The position numbers were made by a program, and so were the translations under genes. The notes beneath the pieces are model-generated. The model had not been told where the DNA came from, did not search any database, and worked only from the letters and a program-made list of their open reading frames with translations. A stretch of 64,000 nt of DNA from Octopus sinensis (Eukaryota), in contig NC_043017.1 in NCBI RefSeq assembly GCF_006345805.1, positions 32,922,001 through 32,986,000 on the forward strand. Reading direction: 5' to 3'. Numbering within the stretch: the first letter of the stretch is position 1; each line of letters opens with the position of its first letter. Positions 12,137 to 23,365 of the stretch are shown piece by piece.

Positions 12137-12535
12137 CTAGCAGTATCGCCCGGCGTTGCTCGGGTTTGTAAGGGAAATAACTATATAAACATTTTTAGAG
12201 AGTTATAGCCAAAAAATAGCAAAAAATGCATTAAAAATGGAAAAAAAATTATGGTAAATTTTTTTTTTAAATCGTTGACTCTTCGTAGACATTTTTAGAG
12301 AGTTACTTCCCTTATATAATAGCGAAAAAAATGCATTAAAATAGAAAAAAATGATGGTGAATTTTTTTTTAAATCGTAGACTCATCGTAGACGCGTGCTA
12401 ATACCCAGAAGGGCTCGATATGAATCACGACTATAAGATACCCGGTTTTGGTTAAACTGCACCACAAAATGCGGGAGTAGTTAGGAATCTAAATCGTAGG
12501 AGACAGACACACAACCTTACTTTTATATATAAAGA
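12137..12535 (-). mobile_element. Non-autonomous Helitron with an internal ~100-bp tandem duplication
   Basis: Minus strand begins A|TCTTTATATATAAAA and ends CCCGAGCAACGCCGGGC (hairpin)...CTAG|T; inserted in an AT dinucleotide with no TSD. Confidence 0.8.
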
Positions 12536-12551
12536 TTTGTTTCATTGATTA

Positions 12552-12838
12552 GACTGCAGCAATACCTGGGTGCTGTCTTGAAGAATTTTTGGCTAGATGA
12601 ATCAACTCCAGCATCTGTGTTCTTTTAAACCTGGTAATTATTCTATCAGTCTCCTTTGCTGCACCTCTAAGTTACTGAACACCAATTGTCAAGCAGTAGT
12701 GGTGGCCAAACACAGATGCAAGCCCACACACACACACACACACACACACACAACACACACATGATGGGCTTCTTTCAGTTTCCATCTTCCAAATTCCCTC
12801 ACAAAGCTTTGGTTGGCTTGAGGCTATAAAAGACACTT
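12552..12838 (-). mobile_element. SINE family B, degenerate, head missing
   Basis: GGGCTTCTTTCAGTTTCCATCTTCCAAATTCCCTCACAAAGCTTTGG plus a degenerate 3' half. Confidence 0.7.
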
Positions 12839-12849
12839 GTATAAGGCAT

Positions 12850-13078
12850 TGAGCTCGCAGAATCGTTAGCACGCCGGGCGAAATGCTTTGTGGTATTTCG
12901 TCCGCCACTGCATTCTGAGTTCAAATTCCGTGGAGGTTGACTTTGCCTTTCATCCTTACGGGGGTCGATAAATTAAGCAGCAGTCACACACTGGAGTCGA
13001 TGTAATCGACTTAATCCGTTCGTCTGTCCTTGTTTGTCCCCTCTGTGTTTAGCCTCTTGTGGGTATTAAAGAAATATT
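12850..13078 (+). mobile_element. SINE family A
   Basis: Matches 325-556. Confidence 0.85.
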
Positions 13079-13112
13079 TATGTATATATACAGAGTGCAG
13101 AGTGTATATATA

Positions 13113-14371
13113 CAGAGTGTCTAAATTATGCAAAAAGGAAAATAACACTTACTTCTCATTTTAACAGATATATTTACCAAAATTACATAAAAACATCTAG
13201 AAATACTAAAGAGTAAATTTACTCAATATAATCGCCATTGGCTTCAACCACAGCCTGCAGACAACTTGGGAACCTCCTGCAACTCTTCTGAACAGTCTCC
13301 TCGTTTAAGTTGGTGAATGCTGCCATAATCCTTGCCTTCATTTCATCTTTAGTGTTACAAGGAGTTTTGTTGGTGTCTCGCTCAACTGTGCCCCAAACAT
13401 AATAACCAAAGGGGTTGCAGTCTGAGGAGTTAGGTGGCTGAATGTTAGGGGTGATGTGGTTGCAGAAATTGTCTGACAGCAATGACTGGGTTCTCCTGCT
13501 CGTGTGGCATGGTGGAGAGTCCTGCTGCCAAACATAGGGTCTTCCAGCAGCCACTCTCTTGACCCAGGGCAGCACTATCTCCTCTAGGCATTTGATGTAG
13601 GCCTCCATGTGGAATCTGAGGTCCTGTGGGAAGATGGATGGTGACATAACATCGTCATCACTAGTGATCACTCTAAACACCATGATCTTGACTGGATGTT
13701 TGATTTTTATCCCTTTTCCATAGTCTTTTCAAATGGCTAATAATGTGTGCTCGCGCCGCTACTACACACATTGGAAAGCATTGAACAACCAAGTACTAAA
13801 GAAGGCCTTTCCTCCTCCATGAAACAAAGTTGTTCCCACTGGACATCAACCCAGTATTTCTAAGCTACAGACCGAGTGATTTATTGTAAGGTTATCTGCC
13901 TAGACAGATTGCCTTCACTACAGCTAAGGAGCCCTTTCTACTCCACACTCTTGGGCGCACACTCTCCTACCCTGATGTAATCTCCAGGGATACAGGCATC
14001 CAGCAACCAGGACCTCCGTAATGCTATGATGGACCGTGAAGTCTGGCGTAGCGTGGTGAATTCCATTGTCTCGACCACAGTCGAACAATGAAATGGTGAT
14101 GATCACTTCTGGTACATTTTCTCAGATTACACTGTCCTCTGAAACCCAAACACTGAAATGTCTGTACTGGAGCTTCTGGCACGAATACCAAGCAGTACAG
14201 CATATTATTTCTAAATTTCTGGCAGAGTGAGTTCTGTCAGGGTCTTGTTTTTCTTACAGATGGTGCCCAACTGACCCTACTATACTCTGTAGTCAACAAA
14301 ATCAAAAGCAAACAATGCGCATGCATGAAATTAAAAGTATAAAATGGCAACAATTTACCCATCGCACCCTG
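13113..14371 (-). mobile_element. Internally deleted maT-type (DD37D) element with a nested LINE fragment
   Basis: ORF 13219-13683(-): WQQDSPPCH...PPNSSDCNPFGYYVWG (37-residue spacing, third Asp mutated)...VVEANGDYIE*; degenerate TIRs CAGGGTG/CAGAGTG next to TA. Confidence 0.8.
13740..14092 (+). mobile_element. RTE/RTEX-like non-LTR retrotransposon 3' fragment nested in the maT element
   Basis: Frameshifted translation GRTLSYPDVISRDTG...DLRNAMMDREVWRSVVNSIVSTTVEQ* is typical of an RTE-type ORF C-terminus. Confidence 0.65.
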
Positions 14372-14373
14372 TA

Positions 14374-14422
<49 letters not shown>

Positions 14423-15144
14423 TTTGAAAAGGAGAGAGAAAATTTGAAGTGGTGTATAGATATTGTATATTGAGCAAAAAGAGACAGTCAAAATTTTGGA
14501 TAATTCTTTATTAGCTGTTTCATTTGTGTAACCAAAATCTTCGTGAGAAAAATCAAAATCAAAATAACGAAAACAGAGTGTTTCCTTATTTTTTTATTTG
14601 AATTGGATGTGTTTTTTTTTTGTTTTGTTTAGAAGAGGAGAAAATGTTTTTGCTTTTTTGGAGAAGAGAAAGATAGGGAGCAGGACAGTGGAGAAAGTAA
14701 ACCAAAATTGTGGGGGGGGAGAGTCATAGAAAGAGGGGTTTCTTTTCAATTATATTGTTTGCTTAGGAGAAAAAAATTCGTTTTTTGGGGGGAGAAAAGG
14801 AAAAAGAGAGGGAGATAGAGAGCAGGTCAATCAAGAAAGAGGAAGAAAAAGCAAAGAGCAGGGGAGAGGCTAGACAAAGAGTGTGGTTTCTTTTCAATTT
14901 AATGTGGTCAACCAACTGAAATTTCATTACAAAGTATTTTTTGTTCCTCAAACCCACCAAGAAAGCCTTGCAAGAAGATACGACATCCCCTAAAACACCT
15001 GAAGAAGAGGCATTCACCTGAAGAGATTTAAATCTTCTTTGCTGTGCAGTCATTACCTTCATTATTTTCGTCATCATCGTCTTATAATCAATATCATTCA
15101 TTATTGGTGAGTAACTGTACATTTTATTTTATTTTCTATTAAAT

Positions 15145-15176
<32 letters not shown>

Positions 15177-15293
15177 GTAATATTTTATGTTATATTTTGA
15201 CATTTATAGGCATTTTTATGGACTACGTCCAATATTCGCGGCTTTTCATTATTCACAGCTGCTCTAGGAACATAATCCCTGTAAATACTGGGG

Positions 15294-15352
<59 letters not shown>

Positions 15353-15408
15353 CGGAGATGTACTCGCATAGCAAGTAATTTGATCTGAGATCGTGTGCTG
15401 AAACGAAA

Positions 15409-15679
15409 ACAATTGCAGCGTGGAAGGTGTTTATAAGCCATTTAAGAAACACACAAAAGCCGTTCGATTCACTCCAACATTTAAGTTTAATTTGTCAAAA
15501 TATTTTCGTCGCTAAAATCTGCGACCTGTTCACTGACAAAATTCCATGCTGCCAGTGAACAGGTCGCGGATTTTAGCGACGAAAATATTTTGACAAATTA
15601 AACTTAAATGTTGGAGTGAATCGAACGGCTTTTGTGTGTTTCTTAACTGGCTTATAAACACCTTCCACGCTGCAATTGT
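15409..15679. repeat. Long inverted repeat (~126-bp arms, 17-nt spacer) of a Penelope-LTR-type sequence
   Basis: 15409-15535 is the near-perfect reverse complement of 15553-15679. Confidence 0.95.
15491..15540 (-). ncRNA. Hammerhead-like fold with G3-C8 core variant
   Basis: TTTGTCA-GTGAACA-G-GTCGC(AGATTTTA)GCGAC-GAAA-ATATT-T-TGACAAA: 7-bp stem I, 5-bp stem II, palindromic stem III. Confidence 0.55.
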
Positions 15680-15712
15680 GTTATATATATATATATATAT
15701 ATATACATATAT

Positions 15713-16053
15713 ATGGTGACCCCCTTCGGTCAGACACTGACCATGGGTTTGCACCTAGAGAGTTACCCTCTGAGGCACAAGTCTGGGCAAGGTTGTTTTT
15801 ATGGAAGACCAGCAGTCGCCCATGCATACCGGCCTCCCCTCTCCACGTCACCAATGTTGTCCAAGGGAAAGGCAAGGGCTGATACAGCTTGACACCTGTG
15901 ACATCGCAACTCATTTCTACAGCTGAGTGAACTGGAGCAACGTGAAATAAAGTGTCTTGCTCAAGAACACAACACGCAGCCCGGTCCGGAATTCGAGCTC
16001 ACAACCTCACGATCGTAAGCTTGACGCTCTAACCACTGAGCCACGCGCCTTCA
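15713..16053 (-). mobile_element. tRNA-derived SINE family D (Arg-ACG-like head), full length
   Basis: Minus strand GGCGCGTGGCTCAGTGGTTAGAGCG (A box)...CTTACGATC...GCTCGAATTCC (B box), then GTGTTCTTGAGCAAGACACTT...CACTCAGCTGTAGAAATGAGT. Confidence 0.8.
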
Positions 16054-16779
16054 CTATATATATATATATACATATAACTACATATATATATACATAATAC
16101 ACACACACACACACACATACAAATGCACTCAGGTGCACATACTTACGGTTGTGTATCGTGTATGTGTCTGAATACATGTACGGACATGAAAGTCTATTCT
16201 GCTCTTTCTCTCTCTCCTCCTCCTCTCTCATTTTATTTCTACTTCTTTCTCTCCCCACTCCCTCTCTCTCCCTCTCTCTCTCTCTCCCTCTCTTTCTCAC
16301 CTGGAATGTTTCATTCAGAACAACAAACAGGTCTGGCCCTCACCTCCCTAATTATCATTCAGGCAAAAATCTTGCATTACATTTTATTTATATTTCATTC
16401 TCTCTTGACAGTAGTTAAATTCTAACTTGGCCAAACCTTTCAATTCCTGCCTGTAAATATATGAACGTTTAGCAGATTCTTCTTCAGGTAATGGCCATTT
16501 ACTTCACACAATACAAATAATTCCACTGACGTGAAAATATGTAAACCTCTATGTGCACTCCTACAACATATATTAACTAATTGTTTTGACGCCATACATT
16601 TTCACTAACACTTTCAAGTAAATATCAATTTGTTATTGCAATAAAATATTCTGAATTTCCCATGTTTGAATTCAGTATTTCACCTTCTGATATTTAAACT
16701 AACTATATCTGACCCAAATATTTTACCTGTTCTATGCTAAAACTGGCCAAATTTAGCCTCTCACACAAATCACATAAAA

Positions 16780-17230
16780 GGCACCATTCAAGTGTGATCG
16801 TTACCAGTGTCACCTTCCTGGCACTTCAGCCCCGTGCTACTAGGGTACTAAGAGTACCATCTGAGCATGATCGTTGCCAGAGTAACTAACTGGCTTCCAT
16901 GCCAGTGGCACATAAAAGGCACCATTCGAGTGTGATCATTACCAGCATCACCTTACTGGCACCTGTGCCGGTGGCATGTGTAAAAAGATTCAAGCGAGGT
17001 CAGTCATTGTCAGTACCACCTGACTGCCTGACTGTCCCACGTGCCGGTAGCATGTAAAAGCACCCACTACACTCTCGGAGTGGTTGGCATTAGGAAGGGC
17101 ATCCAGCTGTAGAAACTCTGCCAGATCAAGATTGGAGCCTGGTGCAGCCATTTGGTTCGCCAGCCCTCAGTCAAATCGTCCAACCCATGCTAACATGGAA
17201 TGCGGACGTTAAACGACGATGATGATGATG
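16780..17230 (+). mobile_element. RTE LINE 3' UTR and tail (family C) with ~70-bp internal tandem units
   Basis: Repeated AAAAGGCACCATTC(A/G)AGTGTGATC.TTACCAG units, then GGAAGGGCATCCAGCTGTAGAAACT...GGACGTTAAACGACGATGATG. Confidence 0.85.
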
Positions 17231-17374
17231 ACCAGGGACATATATTCTGGGTATGTACAGCACACCCATTGAAACTAGCAAATTCATTATAGATATTAAT
17301 TTAATCACAAATCTTACTGGAAAACTTTTGTTATACCCCTGCTTGAAATTTGGTGGTGTTGGGTGTGGTAGCAG

Positions 17375-17517
17375 ACCCAATACAGTAACCACCATACACT
17401 ATGGACAATCACATCATTGAAATCTTGAAACAACAAAATAAATACGTGATTAATTCAAAACATTGTGAATAAATAAGCATTGCGTTTGACAGAGGAATCT
17501 GAATGCTAAAGGGTTAA
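17375..17517. mobile_element. Non-autonomous element ending AGGG|TTAA (piggyBac-like terminus); related fragments at ~18490-18700, 20005-20230, 28690-28865
   Basis: GAATCTGAATGCTAAAGGG|TTAA; the ATGCTAAAG end recurs at ~20218 and ~28852; TTAA|CCC start at ~18490. Confidence 0.45.
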
Positions 17518-17534
17518 CCTATATTTGGTAGAAA

Positions 17535-17757
17535 GGCAGCAAGTTGGCAGACACGTTAGCGGAATGCTTTGCGGTATTTTGTCTGTCGTTACATTCTGAG
17601 TTCAAATTCCTCTGAGGTCAACTTTGCCTTTCATCCTTTCGGGGTCGATAAATAAAAGTACCAGTTTCGCACTGGGGTCAATGTAATCGACTTATTCCCT
17701 TTGTCTGTCCTTGTTCATCCTCTCTATGTTTAGCCCCTTGTGGGCAATAAAGAAATC
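17535..17757 (+). mobile_element. SINE family A
   Basis: Matches 325-556 with a small head deletion. Confidence 0.85.
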
Positions 17758-18039
17758 TATATTTTCAAACTGTGAGCTGTATAATTATTGTTGTTTTATA
17801 ATACCAGCAAGGTCTGTTGAGATCTATTTTCACAGTTGTAATTTAGCTGCCTGGAACTCGAGAGTACGCCTTTCACCCCCATCCTTCTTCTCTTCCGACT
17901 GGACTAACCATGTGTCTCTCCTACAGCATGTTACCTGTTCCGGGTTCCCTAACATACTTTATACTTTCATTGCTTGGTATAAAGCCACCTCCCTTAGTTG
18001 AGATTTTGTTTTTCCTTGCATGTTACTTGGTAGCTTCAC

Positions 18040-18215
18040 TGGTGCCATAAAGTGAACCCAAAACTGTTTGTTAAAGTGGTTGGTATTAGGAAGGACATCC
18101 AACCTTAGAAACCATGCCAAACTAGATACTTGACCTTCACATATTCCTCTGGTTCCCCAGCTCCTGTCAAACTGTCCAACCCATGCCAGCATAGTAAATG
18201 ACATAATTGATGATG
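18040..18215 (+). mobile_element. RTE family C 3' end, degenerate, followed by a (GAT/GGT)n tail
   Basis: GGTTGGTATTAGGAAGGACATCC...GTCCAACCCATGCCAGCAT. Confidence 0.65.
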
Positions 18216-18984
18216 ATGACGATGGTGGTGATGGTGATGGTGGTAGTGGTGACGATGATGACAACGATGATGATAATGATGATGATGACATTGAATATAA
18301 AAAACAAAGAAAAATTCTACACGATCAATATTTTGCTTTCTCAATGTCTGAGCTAAGCTTCTCAGGAGAGATGGCCAAGGATGATAATTGCATAAAAAAA
18401 AAACAATAGCTAAATGGGTGATTCCATATTCAATATGAAGGAATGAAATTTTAATCAAGTGAAAATCATAGACAGAACTGATTATCATCTTAACCCACTT
18501 GATGACCCCCTGCTGAGCCCAAACCTAATTCCATGATGCTAGTTCTGTTTTGAAGGGATCCAAATTAAAGCCTTCCATGAAATTTCCATTTTAATTTAGA
18601 TTTCAAACACTGGCTTAATAACAACGAGTTATTTTAATAAATTTTTCATTATTATTAAAACTGATTGAAACAAATCACTGTATTTCAATAGGAATATGAA
18701 AAAGGGCAAATGACTGTTTCTGGTTTAGAAAGAATGGGATGAAAACCTCTAAAATTCTAAATAATTAAAATAAATTAAAAGTGGCATGCAGTTTGGAGCG
18801 GATGGGATTTAGAGAAGTATGCTGACAGCTCTTGATATGGGCTAATCTTAAACATCCTTGGTAAAAGTATGGCCTGTTACCGTGGAACAGAGATGATCAG
18901 AGAAAATATTCAGGATTTTCGTAAATGAAAACAAGGTGGTTCTATGGAAAAGAAGCAATGAAGTATTGAGGTTAAATGGTAAAA

Positions 18985-19110
18985 CAGAGCAAAAATTTCG
19001 TTTTTGGATTTGGTTTGCAAGATTCTTTATATGAGTTTGTGTATTGAAGCATATTCTGTTGTGTCTGGGGAGAGTCATTTTCTTTTTGTGCCTTATAATG
19101 TAACACACTT
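18985..19110 (+). mobile_element. Unclassified dispersed repeat (family E); other copies at 19820-19950 (-) and 45045-45215 (+)
   Basis: TTTTGGATTTGGTTTGCAAGATTCTTTATATGA...GTGTCTGGGGAGAGTCATTTTCTTTTTGTGCCTTATAA is shared among the copies. Confidence 0.7.
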
Positions 19111-19119
19111 GCCAGTAGA

Positions 19120-19347
19120 TGAACATGGCAGAAACGTTAGCACGCCGGGCGAAATGCTTAGCGGTATTTCATCTGCGTTACGTTGTGAGTTCAAATTCCG
19201 CTGAGGTCGACTTTGCCTTTCATCCTTTTGGGGTCGATATATTAAGTACCAGTTATGCACTGGGGTCGATGTAATCGACTTAATACCTATGTCTGTCCTT
19301 GTTTGTCCCCTCTGTGTATAGCCTCTTGTGGGTAATAAAGAAATAGG
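19120..19347 (+). mobile_element. SINE family A
   Basis: Matches 325-556. Confidence 0.85.
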
Positions 19348-20256
19348 TATATAGGTTATAAGAACAGACAAGCACACATACGCAAATGGAGACTGACACA
19401 CATGACCATATACACACACACACTTTACTCCTCACAAGGACACATATGGAGACACTGATCCACACATATAGAGATGCACATCCATCCATACATACAAACA
19501 TGGTACATAGTTGCCTAACACACACAAACATGTGCACACAAGGAGACAGGGGTGCATACATATACAAACACACGCTCACACACACATACATAGAAAATAC
19601 ACAAACACGGAAATGCAAGCACATGAATATACAGGATACATACATACATACAGATCCACACACACACATACATAGATATACATGCATACATACATACACA
19701 CATACATACGTACATGCATGCATGCATAGGCACACACACACACACACTGACCCACACACATGCGCACAAACAAACAAAAGGGAACGCAGTGTAAATAAGG
19801 GACAGAGTCAAGACTATTGAAAAGTTTGCAAGATGCAACGAAAATTTTAGGAAAATGAAAATAAGAAATAAGTGGAAAATTTTACCGGTGAGTGTGTTAA
19901 GTTATAAGGCACAAAAATAAAATGACTCTCCCCAGACACAACAGAAAGTGCAGAAATTATCAGTGGATTTTGACATCAAAATTACTAATTCCTATTGTTG
20001 TAAGCTTTTGACATTCAGATTACTTTGTCAAATCTGATGCTTATTTATTCCTATCATTTTGAATTAATCCTGCATTATCTTGTGACTTCGAGATTTCAAT
20101 GATGTGATTGTTTATTTTCAGAATGACATTGTGGGGTAAATGTGAGAGGTTTGATCTGGATGGTTTTGATATAAAACTGATAAAATATTTGGGCCAGATA
20201 AGATACGGACAGCTCAAATGCTAAAGGACTAAAATAAAAAAAAAAATATAGATGTG

Positions 20257-20720
20257 GACATGACTAATTGGTTAAGAAGCTTAATTGGCAACCATATGGT
20301 TTTGGGTTCAGTCCCACTGTGTGGCACATTGGGTAAGTGTCTTCTACTATAGCCCTGGGCCTTGTGAGGGAATTAGGTGGAAGAAGACTGAGTGAAAGCC
20401 CATCACATATGTGTGTGTGTGTGTATGTGTATTTGTCTATGTGCATGTGTATATGTTTGTGTATGAATATGTGTATAATCAGTGGAAGCCCATCATATAT
20501 GTATGTGTGAATGTACATGTGTATGAGTGTGTGTATATGTATGTGTGTGTATATGTATGTCTGTGTATATGTATGTTTGTGTGTGTGTGTTTGTGTCTGT
20601 TTGTCCCCATTAACACCACCTGGCAACTAATGCTGATTTCTTTACAACCCCATAACCTAGCAGTTTGACATAAAAGACCAATAAAATAAGTACCAATCTA
20701 CAGAAAAAACCAAGTACCAG
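20257..20720 (+). mobile_element. SINE family B, degenerate, with expanded (TG)n spacer
   Basis: Head GTGGACATGACTAATTGGTTAAGAAGC...GGGTTCAGTCCCACTGTGTGGCAC, then 3' half after the microsatellite. Confidence 0.7.
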
Positions 20721-22257
20721 TGGGAGGATGATCTGCTTGAATGAAACCCTTTAAATGTCCTTCAGCTTTGCAGGAGCAAGGCTGAAGTCCATTTACTCAA
20801 ACAAGTACAAAATTGAAATAATAAATCTCTGAACGAGGTATAAAAGTTACTGGAAAAAGGATATAGGTATTTGCATTGGGACCCCCTTTCATCGAAAACC
20901 AGTGATTGTCGTACGCTGATGACAGGTCAATACCTAGAAACTGCAGTCCGTGCGTATCACTTTGATTGACGAGGGAAGGATGACCTCCCTTTGCAAATAC
21001 CATAAAGGCACAGAAAGTGTGTCTGAAGCCAGCTGGAGACGATGTTCTCCTGGGGCTAAAAGCTACAGTAACACCCACCCTTAGTGGTTAGCCATATTGA
21101 GATGGCTAGTATACCTCACAGTACAAAATTGAAAAATGACAAAAAGAAACCTGCTTTGTTAAGTAACATAGTAAAAACTTGATCAAAACACAAGAAATTT
21201 TACACGGTGAAACAGGAAATGCGGATACAAAGGTTCGCAAAAACAGAGACACTGAAAACAACAGAATCAGCAGAAAATGTAAAGACAAGATTTATTGTTG
21301 CGCTACCGTATGTTGCAGACCGAACAGATCTCAAACTAATAATAATGAGTTTTCTATTTCTCTGTTGGAAGTTATTCCCATATCAAAGAAACTGTGTAGA
21401 AAGAAAAAGGATAAAGTTCTGGACTGTTAATGTATTTTGTACATGACCTGCATGTGTCTGAACGCAGCTGCACTTCTCGTTAAGATACCTTTGTGTAGCA
21501 CTTAACAGGGAAGAAACAAACACTGCAGTCACGCATCAGTTACTTCTTGATGTATTGACTATGCCCAAGGATGACACACAAACTTTTAATAGGTGCAGGC
21601 ATATGGTTCCAGGTTCAGTCTCATTGCAAAGCATTTTGGGCAAGTGTCTTCTACTATAGCTGACCAAAGCCTGTAAATGGATTTGGTAGATAGAAACTGA
21701 AAGAAGCCCATATTAGATATATATATAATATATATATATATTTATATATAGAGGGCATATACATACATGCCAGAAGGCATTATACATACATGCCAAACCG
21801 CTAAGAGGGACAATCAGTCATTTCTACCAAAATATTACTAATCCCACGAATGCAATTTTTCAAAGTAAGACATTTAAAAATATAGACCTGTATCACAGTG
21901 ATTTCATACTTACGTAATCATCAGCAGGGTGAATGTACTATAAATAAACAACGACCCTGCCCCGCTTAAGCCGATCAGCTAACTGCTCAACATCAACGAA
22001 GCACATGGGTGAGTTTACATATATTACATCCGGATAAATGGCAAACTTTTACGAATTGCATTTCGGGAGAGGAAAAGTTTTTTCGGAATAAAAATTTAGC
22101 ACAATTAAGGACAACTACTTAATAAGGAAAACTTAACAAGAAATTGTCAGGTAGATAGCGTAAAACTCATAAGAGAAAAAATTTCGAAAATAATTATTTC
22201 TTATTGAACATATTAATTTATATATAGAGGGCATTATACATACATGCCAGAAGGCAT

Positions 22258-22288
<31 letters not shown>

Positions 22289-22405
22289 ATATATATATAT
22301 ATATATAATTAATCAATATAGGGTGGCAAAAAAAATTTTGTAGAATTTTTTTGCCACCAGCGGCCTAGTGGGAAAAAATTAAATAGTCATAGACCATTTA
22401 TAAGT

Positions 22406-23023
22406 TCAACATCACAATCAAGGAACGGCCATAATAGGCCATTCACCCACTAGAAATAACAGCCAAAGCTTAACCGCAAAATAACATTAATTCGCAAACC
22501 AGGAGAAAATTAAAAAACATTTACCTGTAATTTCTTATACGATGCACCGTTCATCTACTGTTAATGGTAAAACTAACCTGATTAAATTAAATCAAGCCAA
22601 TCTTCCATAGGCCCTTAGATTCGTCAGTAAGAAATAGCCAGAACGGAACAGATATTTTCACGAGGCATTTCTGTCCCTGCCTCGGCAATATCTGACCTAA
22701 AATTCGCGAGTGCGCTGATTTGAAAATTTTAGGTCAGATATTGCCGAGGCAGGGACAGAAATGCCTCGTGAAAATATCTGTTCGTTCTGGCTATTTCTTA
22801 CTGACGAATCTAAGGGCCTATGGAAGATTGGCTTGATTTCATTTAATCAGGTTAGTTTACCATTAACAGTAGATGAAACGGTGCATCATTATAAGAAATT
22901 ACAGGGTAAATGTTTTTTAATTTTCTGGTTTGCGGAATTAATGTTATTTTGCGGTTGGAAGCTTTGGCTGTTATTTCTAGGGTGAAATGGCCTATTATGG
23001 CCGTTCCTTGATTGTGATGTTGA
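22406..23023. repeat. Long inverted repeat (~300-bp arms, ~20-nt spacer)
   Basis: 22406-22704 is the reverse complement of 22725-23023, with scattered single-base indels. Confidence 0.95.
22793..22899 (+). ncRNA. Type I hammerhead fold with a 59-nt insertion in stem II; mirror copy at 22530-22635 (-)
   Basis: ATTTCTTA-CTGACGA-ATCT[59 nt]AGAT-GAAA-C-GGTGCATC-(G)T-A-TAAGAAAT: 8-bp stem I, intact CUGACGA and GAAA; the stem III G is present only in the left-arm copy. Confidence 0.6.
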
Positions 23024-23024
23024 T

Positions 23025-23080
<56 letters not shown>

Positions 23081-23145
23081 TAATATATATTATATATATA
23101 ATATATATATATATATATTATGTATATATATATATATCATCATCA

Positions 23146-23365
23146 TCATCTCATCATCGTTTAACGTCCGTTTTCCGCGCTAGCATGGGTTGGACGGTTT
23201 CGACCGGGGTCTGGGGAGCTAGGGACTGCCCCAGGCTCCAGTCTAGTCTGGCAGAGTTTCTACAGCTGGATGCCCTTCCTAACGCCAATCACTCCGCGAG
23301 TGTAGTGGGTGTTTTTACGTGCCACTGCACAGGTGCCAGAGGGTCTGGCATCGGCCACGTTCGGA
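23146..23365 (-). mobile_element. RTE family C 3' end
   Basis: (CAT)n-GTTTAACGTCCG...GGATGCCCTTCCTAACGCCAATC. Confidence 0.85.

Noticed and set aside
20760-21450. Non-repetitive island with fragments IDLSSAYD (-), FIVALPYV (+) and a Cys pattern vaguely like THAP
   Set aside because: Motifs are isolated, on different strands and frames, and interrupted by stops; no family assignable without a profile search.
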